DNA of 64,000 bases from Paraphysomonas bandaiensis (GCA_965644295.1 CBFFRP010000111.1:62001-126000), one strand, 5' to 3'. Counted from the first letter of the stretch, positions 1 to 17,194 are shown. Numbers and translations: made by a program. Notes: a model not told the origin generated them from the sequence alone.

Positions 1-1
1 T

Positions 2-3000
2 ATTTCCTGGGTAATAGTTGAACAAGGAGCATACAACATATCAGACAAACGTATGTATGTAAGAAAAGATAACATTACTAGGACGTCTGCCTCAGGCTCT
101 GAGAGTATGGTGTCAGTAAACTACCCTTCCGGATGTGACTCAGAAAATACGTCGTGTTCCTTCTCTGTTCCCGGAAATATTGTAGTAATTTCTCAACTAC
201 AAACCTTGGTGTATGACAGATTTTTGTCTTCGAGAATATCGAAAGTGCGAAATACACAAGTAACATTTATTTTACAGCCCCATGATTCAAGTGATTCCAG
301 TTACTACTCTATGCCTGACCCCGAAACCATTGCATTTTTGGCAATGGAGAATAACTTTATGATGTCATGTATGGAAGGTGGTGGCTTTGAGCTAGCTCAA
401 CTGAGTTCAGTCAGCCATGAATCCAGTGCTATCAGTTTTGGCTTAAGTTACCAAAATATTCCTGGTGTGTTTGGGTCAATCGGATCGACGAATGGACTCG
501 GTGACTCCACCTCTTTAAGAATATTTTCCCAGTCTTATGCATCAGCAGAATTGCGAGCCCAGGAAGATCAATGTGAAGATGAAGAAATGGTGCACATATC
601 GGAGCGTGTATTTATAATGGCTTTTGGTGAGATCGATACCTCAGTGGCTATGGATTCACAGCTGTGTTACATTCGATTTCATCCTGAATTCACCTCAGGT
701 CCAACTATTTCACCGTCTTCCTATCCGTCGTGTGAACCATCATCAGTACCATCGTTGACTCCCACTGCTTGTCCTAGCAGCATTCCATCTGCTGCACCTT
801 CCTCTGAACCCACATCTCAACCTTCATTTGTCCCATCGTCCATCCCATCTTGCGAGCCATCTTCCAGGCCATCGCAGAGTCCAACTGCATGCCCAAGCTC
901 TGTTCCATCTGCGACACCAACCTCTGTGCCCACCTCTGAACCGTCATCCGGGCCATCGTCAGCCCCCAGTGCTTGCCCAAGTAACACTCCATCATCCGTC
1001 CCATCTTCGTTGCCGTCGTCGACCCCCACTGCTTGCCCAAGTACCATTCCATCATCCGTCCCATCATCACTGCCGTCGTCTGGCCCCACTGCTTGCCCAA
1101 GTACCATTCCATCATCCGTCCCATCATCACTGCCGTCGTCTGGCCCCACTGCTTGCCCAAGTACCATTCCATCATCCGTCCCATCATCATTGCCATCGTT
1201 GACTCCCACTGCTTGTCCAAGCAGCATTCCATCATCCGTCCCATCATCATTGCCATCGTTGACTCCCACTGCTTGTCCAAGCAGCATTCCATCAGCAACA
1301 CCTTCCTCTGAACCTACATCTGAACCTTCATTTGTCCCGTCTTCCATTCCATCTTGTGAACCATCATCCAGACCATCGTGGAGTCCCACTGCGTTCCCAA
1401 GTACCATTCCATCTGCCTCTCCTAGTTTAGTTCCGACAGGTGCACCATCGACATATCCATCAAGCGTGCCGTCTGGAGAGCCATCCAGCTGTCCCACTAG
1501 CAAGCCTACATCTTTGCCATCGACTTTTCCAACAGCTGTGCCATCTTTTTCTCCATCAGCCAGTCCCACCACTATGCCTACCAGTCTACCATCCTCGCTG
1601 CCGACATCGCTCCCTAGCAGCACGCCCAGTGGCCTACCATCAACTATTCCCACAGGGTTGCCTTCTCTATTTCCAAGTGCGGTACCTTCTTCGTACCCCA
1701 CTCGAGCTTCGGCTAATAACTATTATTATAATTTTGACAGCAGAACATTGCTGGATACTTCTCCAATCAGTGGTGATATCATGTTCCAGTTCTATGTTAA
1801 CACTGCGAACGATCTACAAACGGTCAAATCAAACTGGCTACGTTTTCTAGATGATTATTTTGTCACACCATTTAACATCGACTACTACCAGTTGGAAATG
1901 TGGGTGGCGTGGTTAGATTATAGACGCTCTTTGATATTGGAATGGTCCAGCACTTGTGCCGAGGTAGCTGCTGTAGGGGACTTGGTTGGGACAGTGATGG
2001 CTTCGCATGGGGACTCCGTTCAGCATACTTGTGGGACCACAACGTGGACTGCCACGAGTCAGCGGTTGTGTGCTAATTGCGGCGAGGAATACTGTACGAG
2101 GCCTGAGATGGGAGTATTCACTCTGCCAATAGAGCCGTCGTGCTATACAAGTAATGGGGATCATTTCACAAAACTTGCTGGTGTTGTAACTGTACGAACA
2201 GTAGAGCGTATTGCACCTTCTGTCCCAGTTATACACAGCATCCGCACTACGCCGTCAAGCTCATCAGTGATGCTCGCAGTGAATGTTTCCACATCGACGG
2301 TAGATGGAAGGCTATACTGTCGTGTTTTTAGTGGAGATATCAGTGATGATTATGTAAAGCGTTCCGCAGTAGTTGCGTCTGGAAAGTCAATTAGTATTCC
2401 TCACACAGCTTCTGAATTTGAAGTTTTGACACTGGAGTTAACTGGTTTGATTGCTGCGACTTCGTACTCTTCTTATTGTCATGTCACAGATTCCTTTGGG
2501 AATAGAGGCTCGAGGCCATCAATGCTTGCAACGAAACAATTGTTTATTACATCCTGTTGCAGAAATATCATATTTTCAGAAGTGCCGTCTCACATTGTGT
2601 TTGGAACATATACTACTTCCAGTGCTTCATTCAAATTTCGTCTGCCATCATACCCCACCTATACGACCCAAAGCAGTGGGTTAAATGTTTATGTTGAAAT
2701 ATACACTAAAAATGGGGCCAAAGCTTCGAACTCTGAAATTAGTGCTTTTCCATCGAGTCACACATTTAAACTGGATAACAAGCACTTGGGATTGAGCAGA
2801 GACTTTGTTGTTAACTATTACGGATCTGAAGCGACAACGTTTACAGTATCGCTTTCCTTAAGTGGATCAAGTGTATACAATTTCTCTTCTCCTGTTCAGA
2901 TTCGGACAATTACTGATGTTCCCCCGCCAACCTTGCACTCTGCAATATTTGGCGACTTTGGTCAAAGAATCATGGTATACTTTGATAACCCGACAGATTA

Positions 3001-6000
3001 TGGCGGTGTCGATACGACTTCTAATTGGATCTGCTCGGAATTGCTAATATTTACGGGGAGTGCCATATCTTCTTGCGTGTGGATCAGCGACACGAGTATA
3101 GAAGTGACACCATGTGGCTCAGGTTTGTGCGAGGGGCTCGTTGATAGAAGTGCAATCCCTCTAATTGAACCGGGTGGTGTCATTTTCCTTCGCGGCGGAA
3201 TGGTGCGTTCTCTATGTACATTGCCATCACAGAGCATGTGTGCTAGCTACGAAGCAGCGGCGGAACAAACCATAGTTGTTTCCTACCCACAGTCTTTTGT
3301 TCGGCCAGAAGTGCATCTTGAGACTTCTCAACCTGGTGGTTCATGCGGTATGGACTTAATTGTTGATGCTTCCGCATCACTAGGAAGTTGTGGTAGATAC
3401 TGGAAAACTGTTGTCTGGTCTGTCCAAGCAGCAGATACAAGTGACACCAAAGACATATTGCACATTTTGGAATCATCAATGGTAAATCGTCCCATAACCA
3501 TTCCGTACGAACTACTCTCCAGCACGTCATATATAATATCACTTCATCTCGGAAATTTCCTTCAGAATACCACAGATGATCTGTCTTCGGCGTCAGTAAT
3601 TCTTGATGTCTTTGCTTCTTCTACATCTCTCAATCCGACTGTTAAAATCCATGGTCCTTCATTCCGTGTAGTGAAAACATACAATGAATTTGTTGTATCA
3701 AGTGCTGTCAGTATCCCCAGTTGCTCGGGTGCCAATATCAGCGAAGTGAAATGGAAAGCTTATCTTGAAACGCTGTATATCAGCGACACTGTCTCTTCTA
3801 GTGTAGATCCTTTGACACTGAGACTGCCACCATACTCTCTTGAGCCAGGAGGAGATTATTCTTTTTATATGATAGTTACTCTGAGTGATGGGACCACAGC
3901 CATGGATATGATTAGAGTCAGCGTTGCTTCGGATGAACTTTATGTGAAAATAAGCGGCCCAGATAATGTACTCGTTTCGAATCAGACTGAACTAATACTT
4001 GACGCTTCAGAATCGGTTGATGCTGATGCAACTCCTGAGGGTTCGACTTTGAACCTGACTTGGAGCTGTCAGGTAACTAGCTTGAGAGACTCTACTGATT
4101 TTTCGATGTATGGATCCCACTGTAATGAGCTCATCAATATTCCTAACCTGGTGGAGTGGCCATCCCTTGAGCCTGTTCCCCTTTTTACCAATATGATGCT
4201 TCCAGGTGTTGTCTACACTTTTACTGCGTCGGCATTTTCTTCAATGGGCATATACTATTCAGATCATGTTACCGTCGAGGTATCTACACCTGCTTCACCT
4301 ACTCCAAGGGTTTCTATAACATCATCGTTCACTTACTTCGTTGCCAGTGATATTCTCCGTTTATCGGGTACTGTAGCACCCGCGAGTATGGGCCTGTCTT
4401 ATGGTAACATAAACGCCACGTGGAGTCTTCACGACAGCTCCCTGAATGAAATTCCTTTAACGGAATTGTTAATGACATCTGTGTCCAAAACAAGATTCGG
4501 CAACGAAAGTTTCAAATTCCCTTTGGGATGTTTCCCGTATTCATTTGTTCCAGGAAGAAGTTACACTTTCCGGCTTTCAGCCTTCTATGGTGGAGCTGGT
4601 GTACATGAGGCTGTATACTCCGATATTACAGTTATTGCTAACGGCCCTCCTTCCTCTGGAGGCATCGATGTGACGCCATCAGTAGGAAACGCCTACGAAA
4701 CTAATTTCCTTTTGTCTGCTCCGTTATGGGTTGATGATTATAACGATTACCCATTGTACTACTCATTCACATACTCTGAACGAAGAGTAGCCAATAGCAC
4801 TGGTACGACATTTCAGCCCATGGGGCTTGCAAGTGAGCAGTCATTTGTATACAGTCAACTTCCATCCGGTAGTCCCGGTACTAATTTTACTGTATACTGT
4901 CGAGTAGTAGTGAAAGATGTGTTTGGCGCTTCAACGGATGCTTTGACTAATGTTACCGTGAAGAATAACACCGAATTGACTGTATCATTTAGTAACTTCA
5001 GTGATGCTATTACTTTTGGAATCAGCAGCTCTGATGTTAGTTTCATGTCCAAGAGTATAAGCAATATTGCCTCGTTGATATCTCAAATTGGATGTCGGTA
5101 CTCCCCAGACTGCTCCGCATTGAATCGACAAGATTGTTTCAATGTAGCGCATACATGTGGTGATTGTTTGACTGGTTATAATGGTGTAGTTGGGCCGTCG
5201 AATAGCTATTGTTCTCAGGAGGAGGAAGAACTACTGCCTGTCGACTCAGTTTGTTCATCGGATTCCGAGTGCTCTCTGCAGCATTGTGGGGGTGGAAGAT
5301 GTGTAACTCCAGAAAAGTCGTGTCCCACTGTGTCTGATGAAGAGTGCTCTGGTAACGGTAAATGTGTGTTTCGCAATGGGAACGGAGACATTGTTGAATC
5401 TTGTCTTGTGACAGACCCATATTGTACGCCGCTGTGTGAATGCCACGGCAGCACTTATTTTGGTCCAGCGTGCTCAATGAAGTACGAGGAGTATACCAAC
5501 CAGAGTAAAACAAAGGAACTCATTTGTAAATCGCTATCTTATATTGCTCATTCAAGCGATCATTCCTATGAGTTAGTAGATTTGTTGGCGTCCTCTTTGT
5601 CTGCTACTCTGAACTATCCTGAGTTCATATCTCTTGAAGCAACCATGAATTGCTTGGATGTCTTAACGTCAGTAGTGAACATTACTCGAAGTGGTGTTTT
5701 GCATAATGAAGCCTTGCTGTCGAACTCAACTTCAGTTGCTCCTCAGGTTAATATAGCAGCTGCAATTTCTTATTTCAATGGCGTGTTATTGGTGCTACAT
5801 GGTAGCGATCTCGATGATTTAGTGGACGAGATTGAAACCGAAATCTCTTTTGCCTCCGAATCACTTGTTACCATTGTCAACGATAACATGATCGCTGGGC
5901 AAAATAACATTGAAATTGTTAGTGACGGTGTGCGTATATCTGTGCAGTACAAATCTTTTGAGAGCATTGCTGGGGCAATATTATCTCCTCCTGCTACAAG

Positions 6001-9000
6001 GCTGGAATCTGTGTACGCTGTTGATCAGCCTCAGATTATACTACCCAGTGGTGGTTTGGAGGCTTGTAGAGCGATAAATGGTGATGAGGAATACATCAGG
6101 CTTTCTGTGTTGCAATGGGGAACTAACCCTCATATGAATGCCACCAACCGAAATATTAGCCAGCTCCTGTCTCGAGTATTTCAGTTCAGTTCTTTCTCGA
6201 ATTCTCAGGATGGTGGTGGTAGTGGCAGTTCACAGTTCGTTTCCGAATTTTCAACTAGTTATAAGCTCATCATGCAATGGATGACTCCCCAGAGCTGGAC
6301 CCAGCGTGAGCCTAACTGTACTATGTTTATTGATTCAGAACCTGCGACATGCCCATGTGATGTTCTCAGTTACACTGCAACCAATGTGACTTTTGAATGC
6401 TACAACCTCCTTGATTTATGTCCGTCCACTTCTTCGAGGAGAATGCTCAATGGTCATCGGTTATACAACGAAGACATGCATCATCCCCATCGAGATCTTA
6501 TCACCTCCGATAGTAAACACAGAAGATTGGATTTCGATTATGCTGGTGAGGCTGATGATGGGTCGGAAGATAGCAGTATTGTTGAGTACGGTGCACTTAT
6601 CACGACAATTAAGTCAGAACTGGATACTACTCTGACAAATGACCCATCCAGCATTGGAGACATCAGGGAGGCTATTGCGTTGGTTTCCTTGCTAAGTATT
6701 ATTTTTTTCAGTATGCTATTTGGGTACGGCATATTTCAACGATGGGATGAAGATGATGTGAAGAAGATAATGGCTCAACGAGAACGAAATAAAGCAATGA
6801 ACGGAATGGAATCGCCCTCTCGCAGGGATTTTCACCAATCCCTGTCCATTTTAGGTGCGTTTACCAACACTCCGAGCAAGAGGGATATGATACTAAGACA
6901 ACAAAGTTCTCAATCGGCCGCGAATGATACTAATTCAGCACCTTCACCAACGATAAAAAGAGCCGTTGCGGTCGATAGTGATGATCAATCACCACAGAGT
7001 CCTAATTTCTCTCGTACAGACTCCAACTCCAATACACCGGAAATTCGAAGGGACTTTTCGTTTGACATGATTGCATCTTTCAAGTGGAGACGATTTGGAA
7101 GTGCGGACTCTACAGATAACGCAATGAAACGAATCGATTCGTCGGCTGTAAATGAGGTAGTGTCATCCTTTTTTGACAAAGCTCTTCCGCCTTCTAGTTT
7201 ACTGGCTGTCCAGAGTGGATGGCGAAGATTTTTTCAGGCAGTATACAGACAGCATGGTAGGTTATGAGATAAATTGGTCACGTAAAATTAACGACTTTGT
7301 TGTAGACTGGGTTCGCTGCGTGACTTACTCTTCGCTTCGACTGCCACGAACTATCCGGTTTCTTGTAGTATGTACAGACGTGCTGTTCTTGCTCTTTGTA
7401 GATTCGTTGTTTTTTGGAATTCTGTTTCGCGACGATGGTACATGTGGTTCGTATTCGGGAACGACTGAAGAGCAGTGCCTTTCCCCGCCATCAAATTTTC
7501 AGAGTGACCAGAGTTTGTGCGAATGGGACCCTGAGTCTGAAAACTGTGCACTACGTCCTCCACCCTCTACCATTCAGTTCTACATGGTCGTTGCCGTGTT
7601 GGTGACGTCGTTTTCTATCTTACCGTCAGTGTTTTGTGCGTACATACTAGAAGAATTCTGTGCTTTGACTCCAGGTTTCAAGAAAGCACGTGGAGATGGT
7701 AGTAGCGACGACAGTTCTTTGTCTGGAGTCTATGCTGCAGGTGGCATGGAGAAAGGTCGCAACCGAGGTAACAGTCTTCTAGGAAATGTAATCCAAGCTC
7801 CTGTATCTGGAGAGGCCACGTCTGTGTCGTCCCAGCTACTTGACTTGTATACGTACTATGAGTACGCAACCATTGAAGAGGAGACGAATGTGCTTGTTGC
7901 AGCCGTGGAAGAATATTTACGTGCCAGTATAGAAGACTCTCCCTTACCATGGCGAGTCGACCCCTCAAAGCCAAATGCTAGTGTAAATGCCGAGGCAGTA
8001 ATGGAACTGGTAGGTGTAAATGCTGATGGGACCCCGGCAACACTCTCCCTGAGACAGTGGTTGCTTTTTGGAACCCAACGAAAACGCCTGGAATATAAAA
8101 TTCGCAAAGTGAGAACAGAAGCCAAGGAGATATTGGATATGATGTCGACCTTTGAAGATGATGAAGACGATAGCAAAGACATGGCCCTTATTCAACAATT
8201 TATACTTGAACAGCTTACACCTTTTAAGCGATATGCGGTAAAGAAAGACTTCTTTCAGTTTGACACTGCCCTGCCCCAGCATTGTGATACACTTGTGTGG
8301 ATCTGTAGCTGGACATTTATGATTCTGGTATGGGTGTTTTTGGTGTTTTGGATATTTCAATGGGCTATTGTTAACAGCGGTGGTACTGTCAATGAATGGA
8401 GTGTGTCCATTGGATTGGTTGTCGTACAGGACGCGATTATCAACCAGCTGTTGCGAATATTTGTCGTTCATGTTATCGCCATTGAAGCTGCCCGTCCTCA
8501 ATTGAATCAGATATATCACACTTTAAACAACATCACTACATCGAAGATAAAAAGCAAAAGGGATGCTGTGTGTGGTGTTCGGGCCGTCCAATTTCTCTCT
8601 GCCGCATGTAGAGCAGCGAGGTCGCGGGAGTTGTTTAACTTACCGTCAGCTGAAATATTGCATCAGCTTAATGATAATGACGTTGCTTTGTGTCGGGCAT
8701 CTAGACGAACTAAATTAGGCCTGTTTGTCACTTTTTTTATAGCTATCCCCGTTGCTCTAGCTTTGTCACATGAATCTATTCAAGAGAGTGTATTGGATGT
8801 GATTCTCCCTACCCTGTGGGCATGTTTTGTAATATCCAATGCTTATTTGTATGAGATTTCTATATATGCGATGCTGGCACCGTATGTTTGTCTAGGGCTG
8901 TATCTATTTTTTCGACAGGTATACTTGAAACCAATGCGACGTCGCAAATATCAGCGGAATCCTTTTACACATCGAAAGTCTAAACGAGTTCAAAATCATA

Positions 9001-10010
9001 ATGCTAAGAGCACTTTCTTTGGAACCAGATTTAAGAAAGATAGCGATGATGTGTACGACAAGCTCACGCCACTACAACAACTTAACTGGAAGAATATGAA
9101 CTTAATGCTCTGGAAGATGCAACCGAAGGCGTACGAAGAAAGCACGGATAGTTCTGACAGAGCTTCAAAGTGGAAAATTTCAGATGATATCACTGTTATT
9201 CTAGGGCCCTATGAAGTGAAGCGACTCAGATCTCGGAGACGGGATGAATCGGCCCAGTCATGCGTTTCGCATTCTGCGGAAGCAAGTGGCGCCGCTTTGA
9301 GTTGCGATAATGATTTCGCTAATAATATTCCTGGCGAAGTCGAGGATATGATGGTCTGTAAGCATGAAAAGGGCCTAAAAGATCGCAGTTTTCGTCTCAA
9401 AAAGCGCGACTCCTTTGTTGTAAATAAATGCTTATGGAATGTGGATCCAGAAATGACTTCAGAGCAAGTCGTACCTGTCTACCCTACTTTCCCTACAAGT
9501 CGAAAATATAATAAATCTAGTTTGGAGGCGGCGATCAATCGAAAGAAGAATACATCTCTGCCACTTGAAGAGATGCTAATGTCATCAAACTATGATCTTA
9601 ACTTTAGGAATCCTTTTGATGCCGAGGTCGATCCTAAGTGTTCGACACTAAGCTCGAACGAAGATGCTAATGCTGAGTTTGATACATTTGAGAAGCTACA
9701 CCAGGTTGGTGGCGACTCTGAGGATTTGAATGGTGTTAGTTGCCCTACACCAGAATACTCTACGTCATACTCCTCATTAGCCGATGATACTAGACGTTAT
9801 CCTGGGCAGCAGCTCCTTGATTGGCGAGGAAGGCGAAGACAGATTGTCAAAACGCCAACTGCTATGAGTATTGCTTTGGGCAGTCCTTATGTGCCTGATG
9901 GTAATCAATGTCCCCAAGTATTGGAATGCGCTTCTTTTTCACACGATGATTCTGTCGAAGAAGTAATGAAATTTATTCACCGTGAGAATTTAGATGTATG
10001 TACACTGTAG
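2..10010 (+). CDS. Giant (>3300 aa, 5'-truncated) polycystin-1/REJ-like multi-pass surface protein: lectin-like repeats, Pro/Ser/Thr stalk, REJ module, Cys-rich/EGF region, multiple TM helices
   Basis: Frame is open from window start (ISWVIVEQGAY...). ORFs 53..7267 and 7173..10010 join in frame via a 49-nt GT-AG intron 7257..7305 (QH-D-WVRC). REJ motifs LILDASESVDAD...LTWSC and NGPPSSGGIDVTPSVG...WVDD...YPLYYSF; EGF-like CSGNGKC...CECHG...GPAC; several hydrophobic segments near the C-terminus. Confidence 0.8.
712..1700 (+). repeat. Coding PS/PT tetrapeptide repeats including near-perfect 60-bp tandem units (PTACPSTIPSSVPSSLPSSG)
   Basis: Lines 1021-1261 show a 60-nt period (cccactgcttgcccaagtaccattccatcatccgtcccatca...); a longer block at ~750-900 recurs at ~1255-1410. 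Confidence 0.95.
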
Positions 10011-10731
10011 GTGTTCATGATCGGTTCAAATAGTGCAGCGTAAGCGTGGGCATCCCGTTGTGGTTGTATCCGATACTTAGCTGTGCCGTGTCGTCGTATA
10101 TTAATGCGAATGACTTGTGAATAGAGTTGCGGATTCCGTTTTTGATTTTGCTGATATTTTGTTACATATATATCAACAGGTCTGCAATTTCTCTGTATCA
10201 TAGTCGTAGAATAGATAGTGCGGTATGGGCTGACTTTATGAATAAAACTTAGCCCCCCACCTTGCAGTGATGGAATTACTGCTGTGTAATCAACTTAATA
10301 TTGTCTTTATTTCACTGATGTATGACATGTAAAATTTCACTGTACTCAGTATTATTCATGTATCATGGCTAAAACCCTTGGCAACTGTTGGGATACTTCG
10401 TATAGTGAAAAACTACTGTGCTTTTTAAAAGTATGTATTAAATAAAAAGCAACTAGTTTCTACTATCACTACTTTCGACAACAGTGAAAAAGATGACGGT
10501 GGGTTCTTTTTTCTAACAGGAAGTGCTCTGGTAGTAATAGTTTCTCTGTGTCCTATACTAACAACAGCTTAACATATACTGGTCGGTGACACATACGATT
10601 ATTACGTTCTTTACCGACCAGAGTATAAATATATTACTAGGAGAATCTTACTGAATCCAAATCCACAGACTACGATTTTGCGTATTAATTTACGTTGATG
10701 ATATGTTGTGTTGCATGTTGTACTATGCTAT

Positions 10732-10832
10732 AGCTTTCGTAGCGCGAAATAGTAGGGTATCAGAGTTAAGCACTAGTTAGTTAAATTGCTTTGCTATATT
10801 AGTTCTGACTCTTACACGCCTATTACTAATAA
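10732..10832 (-). repeat. Fragment of dispersed repeat family R1 (inverted relative to the 11.2-kb copy)
   Basis: agctttcgtagcgcgaaatagtagggtatcagagttaagcactagttagt...gactcttacacgcctatt matches the reverse complement of ~23295-23392 and is similar to 41709-41775. Confidence 0.85.
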
Positions 10833-11188
10833 TACTACGACCTCAATAGAGGACAAAAAAAGATATGCAAGTTGAGTTTTCGTTAACGTTTAGTCTAATT
10901 TTAAGGTTTAATTACGCCTAATAACATCAGCATATGAGTCTTGTAGTACATATCCCAAATACTTTCTAAAACGACTATAATATATTTAGATTATATCCAT
11001 TCTCATACATGTGTATATGAATGCTAACCTTAACACTAGCAATACCTATCAATGAATTCCAAAGATCTCTCAATACTTATAAGTGTTATTGGTCATGTCT
11101 GGAGTTGTAGCTACACGATATGTGGAAGTCGTCTGTCATCTTGTGCTAACACAGAGACTAAAGTAAAAGTCTTGTTATTTATATCCCA

Positions 11189-11667
11189 GTAGTGAATGTC
11201 TTATTATTAGCAAAAGACATTTAAGAGTCAGTGCTTAACTCTGATATCCTACTATTTAAAGCTACAAAAGCTGTTTGTGCGTCACCTCAAGTACCAAGGT
11301 GCAACCATTTTGCTCAGCGGATGAGTTCCAAAACAAACAGTTTCGATAACCCCTACTCAAAGCAAACGCAGTGAGCAAGCAGAATCTTGATATACCTGAC
11401 ATCTGCTGACTTCAGAATTTTTGAGTCCTTATGGTGAATAGCCCGGATGCTTGACTTCAGCAGGCAGCCCGATACCTTGGACGCTCTTAAGATGGGTCCA
11501 TTCTAGGATGCCTGTTTATTCGTCAAGGCTTAAATACGTCAACACAAGTGACACTAAGTAATGTTCCTTGTACCACACAAGCATTAGGCTATGAGTGGGT
11601 AAAATAGTATCTGCTGACTATATATGCTGCTTACGTTTGTTCCCGGAGAAATATCTCCGGTACTTAT
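11189..11667 (+). mobile_element. Dispersed non-coding repeat family R1, copy A
   Basis: Shares gtgcttaactctgatatcctactattt, ccaaggtgcaa, gcttgactt..gcagccc, atctgctgactatat and ccggagaaatatctccggtacttat with 23272-23716 and, inverted, with 40430-40732 plus 41678-41793. Confidence 0.85.
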
Positions 11668-12544
11668 GCAGATCTGATACCTCCCGCTATTGCTGAACTT
11701 CGTCAGTAAATGGTGTTCTGTCTTGCAGAACTTCGTGATCTTTTGATGAGAAATAATGATGATCCTACTGCAGATGATCCTCCAACTGCTAGTAATGTGC
11801 CCCCAATAGCACTTGCTGTGTCGTCTCGGAGCATAGGTACTAATACTACTGTAAGTAGTAGTCGTGGAGATAGCTATAAGCGTATGCAATCTATCCAAAA
11901 TCAGGTTATTCGGTTGGATCTCAAGAGAGGAAAATGCAGATATATGAGAATACGATATTACAAAACTCAAGTAGCAAGAAGGGCAACTTGTAACGCAATA
12001 AATACTTTTAATGTATATTATATATATTGAATGTCTTATTGTTTAGCAATGGGCGTTGAAAACCTGCACTAATTAGTGGCTAGAAGAATCTTTTAATGAC
12101 AACTATTATTGCAACTTTTTCTTTATCTTTAACCTCTCAGATACAAATTACAGTAAAATAATAATTCAGTACTTAGACATGATACCTGGAGAATCGCTTT
12201 ACCAGGATTTGGTATTACCTCGACTTGTTGTAAACGCTACGTGTAATATTTCGTTCTAGGACACAGAATATAAAGCCTTGAAATTAAACATGTTACGTCG
12301 TTGCTGCAGGCATATTCAACTTTCACTGATCACACTCCTCCAGCATAATATAAAATATATGTCTATAATATAACTCTGATTCAGGAATTACATTTATATA
12401 TCTTAATGAAATCTCTCTATCTACAAACATATTAACCAATGACGAACGTGTAGACATCATAACGAAAAGTGTCTTAGTATTATACTATATACATGAAATG
12501 CGACATACTGATCCCCGAAAAACATAAAATATCTAATGTGCTTG

Positions 12545-15467
<2,923 letters not shown>

Positions 15468-15735
15468 AATGAGATGATGTTAGATTATGTTAGTAGATAG
15501 AAGGGAAGTGATTGAGAGATGTGGGATGATATACTAACTGCATCTATATGCTAGTTATGATATGGAGAGTGCTGTACATGCATACTGTACATACTCTGAC
15601 TCAGTACATACATATACATACATATACACAGCTGCTGTACAAACATACGGCATAACTGAAGTAGGGAGTATGTATGTGTACTTGTATAAATAACGTTTAT
15701 AATATATAAAATTTAGGATAAAAGACAGGATAGTT

Positions 15736-15808
15736 GCCGGGCTAGCTCAGTCGGTAGAGCGCAGGACTCTTAATCCTGTGGTCGTGGGTTCGAGCCCCAC
15801 GTTCGGTG
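15736..15808 (+). tRNA. tRNA-Lys (CTT)
   Basis: Cloverleaf gccgggc...gttcggt(g), anticodon arm cagga-ctcttaa-tcctg, T-loop ttcgagc, downstream T-run. Confidence 0.97.
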
Positions 15809-15919
15809 TTCTTTTTTATATTTCTAATATCATACTCACTAGTAGAAAATTGTACTTTATATATTGATAAATAATGATGAACAATCACCAACAAATGTCA
15901 GTTCAATCCTGGCAAGTAA

Positions 15920-15992
15920 GGGCGACTAGCTCAATTGGTAGAGCGCACGCTTAGCATGCGTGAGGTAGTGGGATCGAAGCCCACGTTGTCCA
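15920..15992 (+). tRNA. tRNA-Ala (AGC)
   Basis: Acceptor stem gggcgac/gttgtcc(a) with the G3:U70 Ala determinant, anticodon arm cacgc-ttagcat-gcgtg, downstream T-run terminator. Confidence 0.97.
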
Positions 15993-16299
15993 CACTTTTT
16001 TTATTCACAATACTTTGCATTTTTTATATCACTACACTCTGTATACAAAACAAAATATACAGAATCTAGCTAGAAAACATATGTTTTTAGTATCAAATAT
16101 GATGAAATATAAGGTTTCTAGAAGGAAATATCTACAGAGTAGTTGTTTATGCACATCTCTCACTATACATACATCTATATATCTCATAGAGTTATTTGGA
16201 TGGATAGGGACACTATATACATACACTAACCATTACATTCAAATTATTACACTATTAAACCAAGCAACAATCATTAAATATATAGATATATAATTCATA

Positions 16300-16749
16300 A
16301 TGTCTTTAGAAGATATTAAAAAAAAGAAATCAAAGAAAAAAGATAATAAACATAAGAAAAAACGTAAACATAAACACTCGGATGATGAGAGATCATCATA
16401 TGATGACACTGATAGAATTAAGAAGCCTAAGAATACAGATAGTCCTGTGAATGGTGAAACTGTATCATTATCATCTAATACTGAAGAAGAGAATACTCAT
16501 ATTGATACAGATAATACAGTTACACAGAAACCAGCTGTCAAATCAAAGGCTGATTTTTTTGCTAGTTTATTAGCACGTGAGAAAGCTAAACCTCCTATTG
16601 GAACATTTCATGCGGTCGGTAAGAAAGCTGATACTGAAGCCGAAGCATCGAAAGATTGGACATGTCCGAAGTGTATGACTAGTAATTATAGACATTCCCA
16701 CCAGTGTCAGAAGTGTAAAGCCATAAAAAGATTGAGTGAGTGGCGTTAA
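16300..16749 (+). CDS. Small Lys-rich (probably nuclear) protein with a C-terminal RanBP2-type zinc finger
   Basis: DWTCPKCMTSNYRHSHQCQKC fits W-x-C-x2-C-x3-N-x6-C-x2-C; basic N-terminus. Confidence 0.8.
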   Translation: MSLEDIKKKKSKKKDNKHKKKRKHKHSDDERSSYDDTDRIKKPKNTDSPVNGETVSLSSNTEEENTHIDTDNTVTQKPAVKSKADFFASLLAREKAKPPIGTFHAVGKKADTEAEASKDWTCPKCMTSNYRHSHQCQKCKAIKRLSEWR

Positions 16750-17194
16750 GTGGATAATTAGATGTTCACCATAACATATAATTTAAATGTATTTACTTTC
16801 TCAGACTTAGTGGATATGTGCAGCAGTCATTGTACTTGTAGAACAGAATGGCTTGTATTGTAGATTCTAGAAAGAGTAAACGGAGAGGAATATAAAAGAT
16901 CATTTTTTGTATATGCAAATTTTGTCATGTGCGCCTACACCTCACTGATGAAGGTATATTGCTCAAAGGTCATGGCAATAAGCACTCATATGCGATAAGA
17001 ATAGTGAAATAACAAGCTAACCCATAAATAACTTGTTTTCATAAATGAATAACTTGCCTACTCAGCTACTCAGAGTCTGCAGCCACATACTACTTGACTA
17101 TAGATTCATCTATCATTGTTGACTATTAAGTTACTACGAGTCTTATAACTATAGCGTTAATGAATCATAATTATTATAATCACACACAATGCTT

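Noticed and set aside
774-1701. Antisense and alternative-frame ORFs (DG/VG-rich 294 aa, Met-rich 175 aa)
   Set aside because: Shadows of the PS/PT coding repeat on the + strand.
11584-12030. Short overlapping ORFs next to R1 copy A
   Set aside because: No domain, partly within repeat sequence, no splice support.
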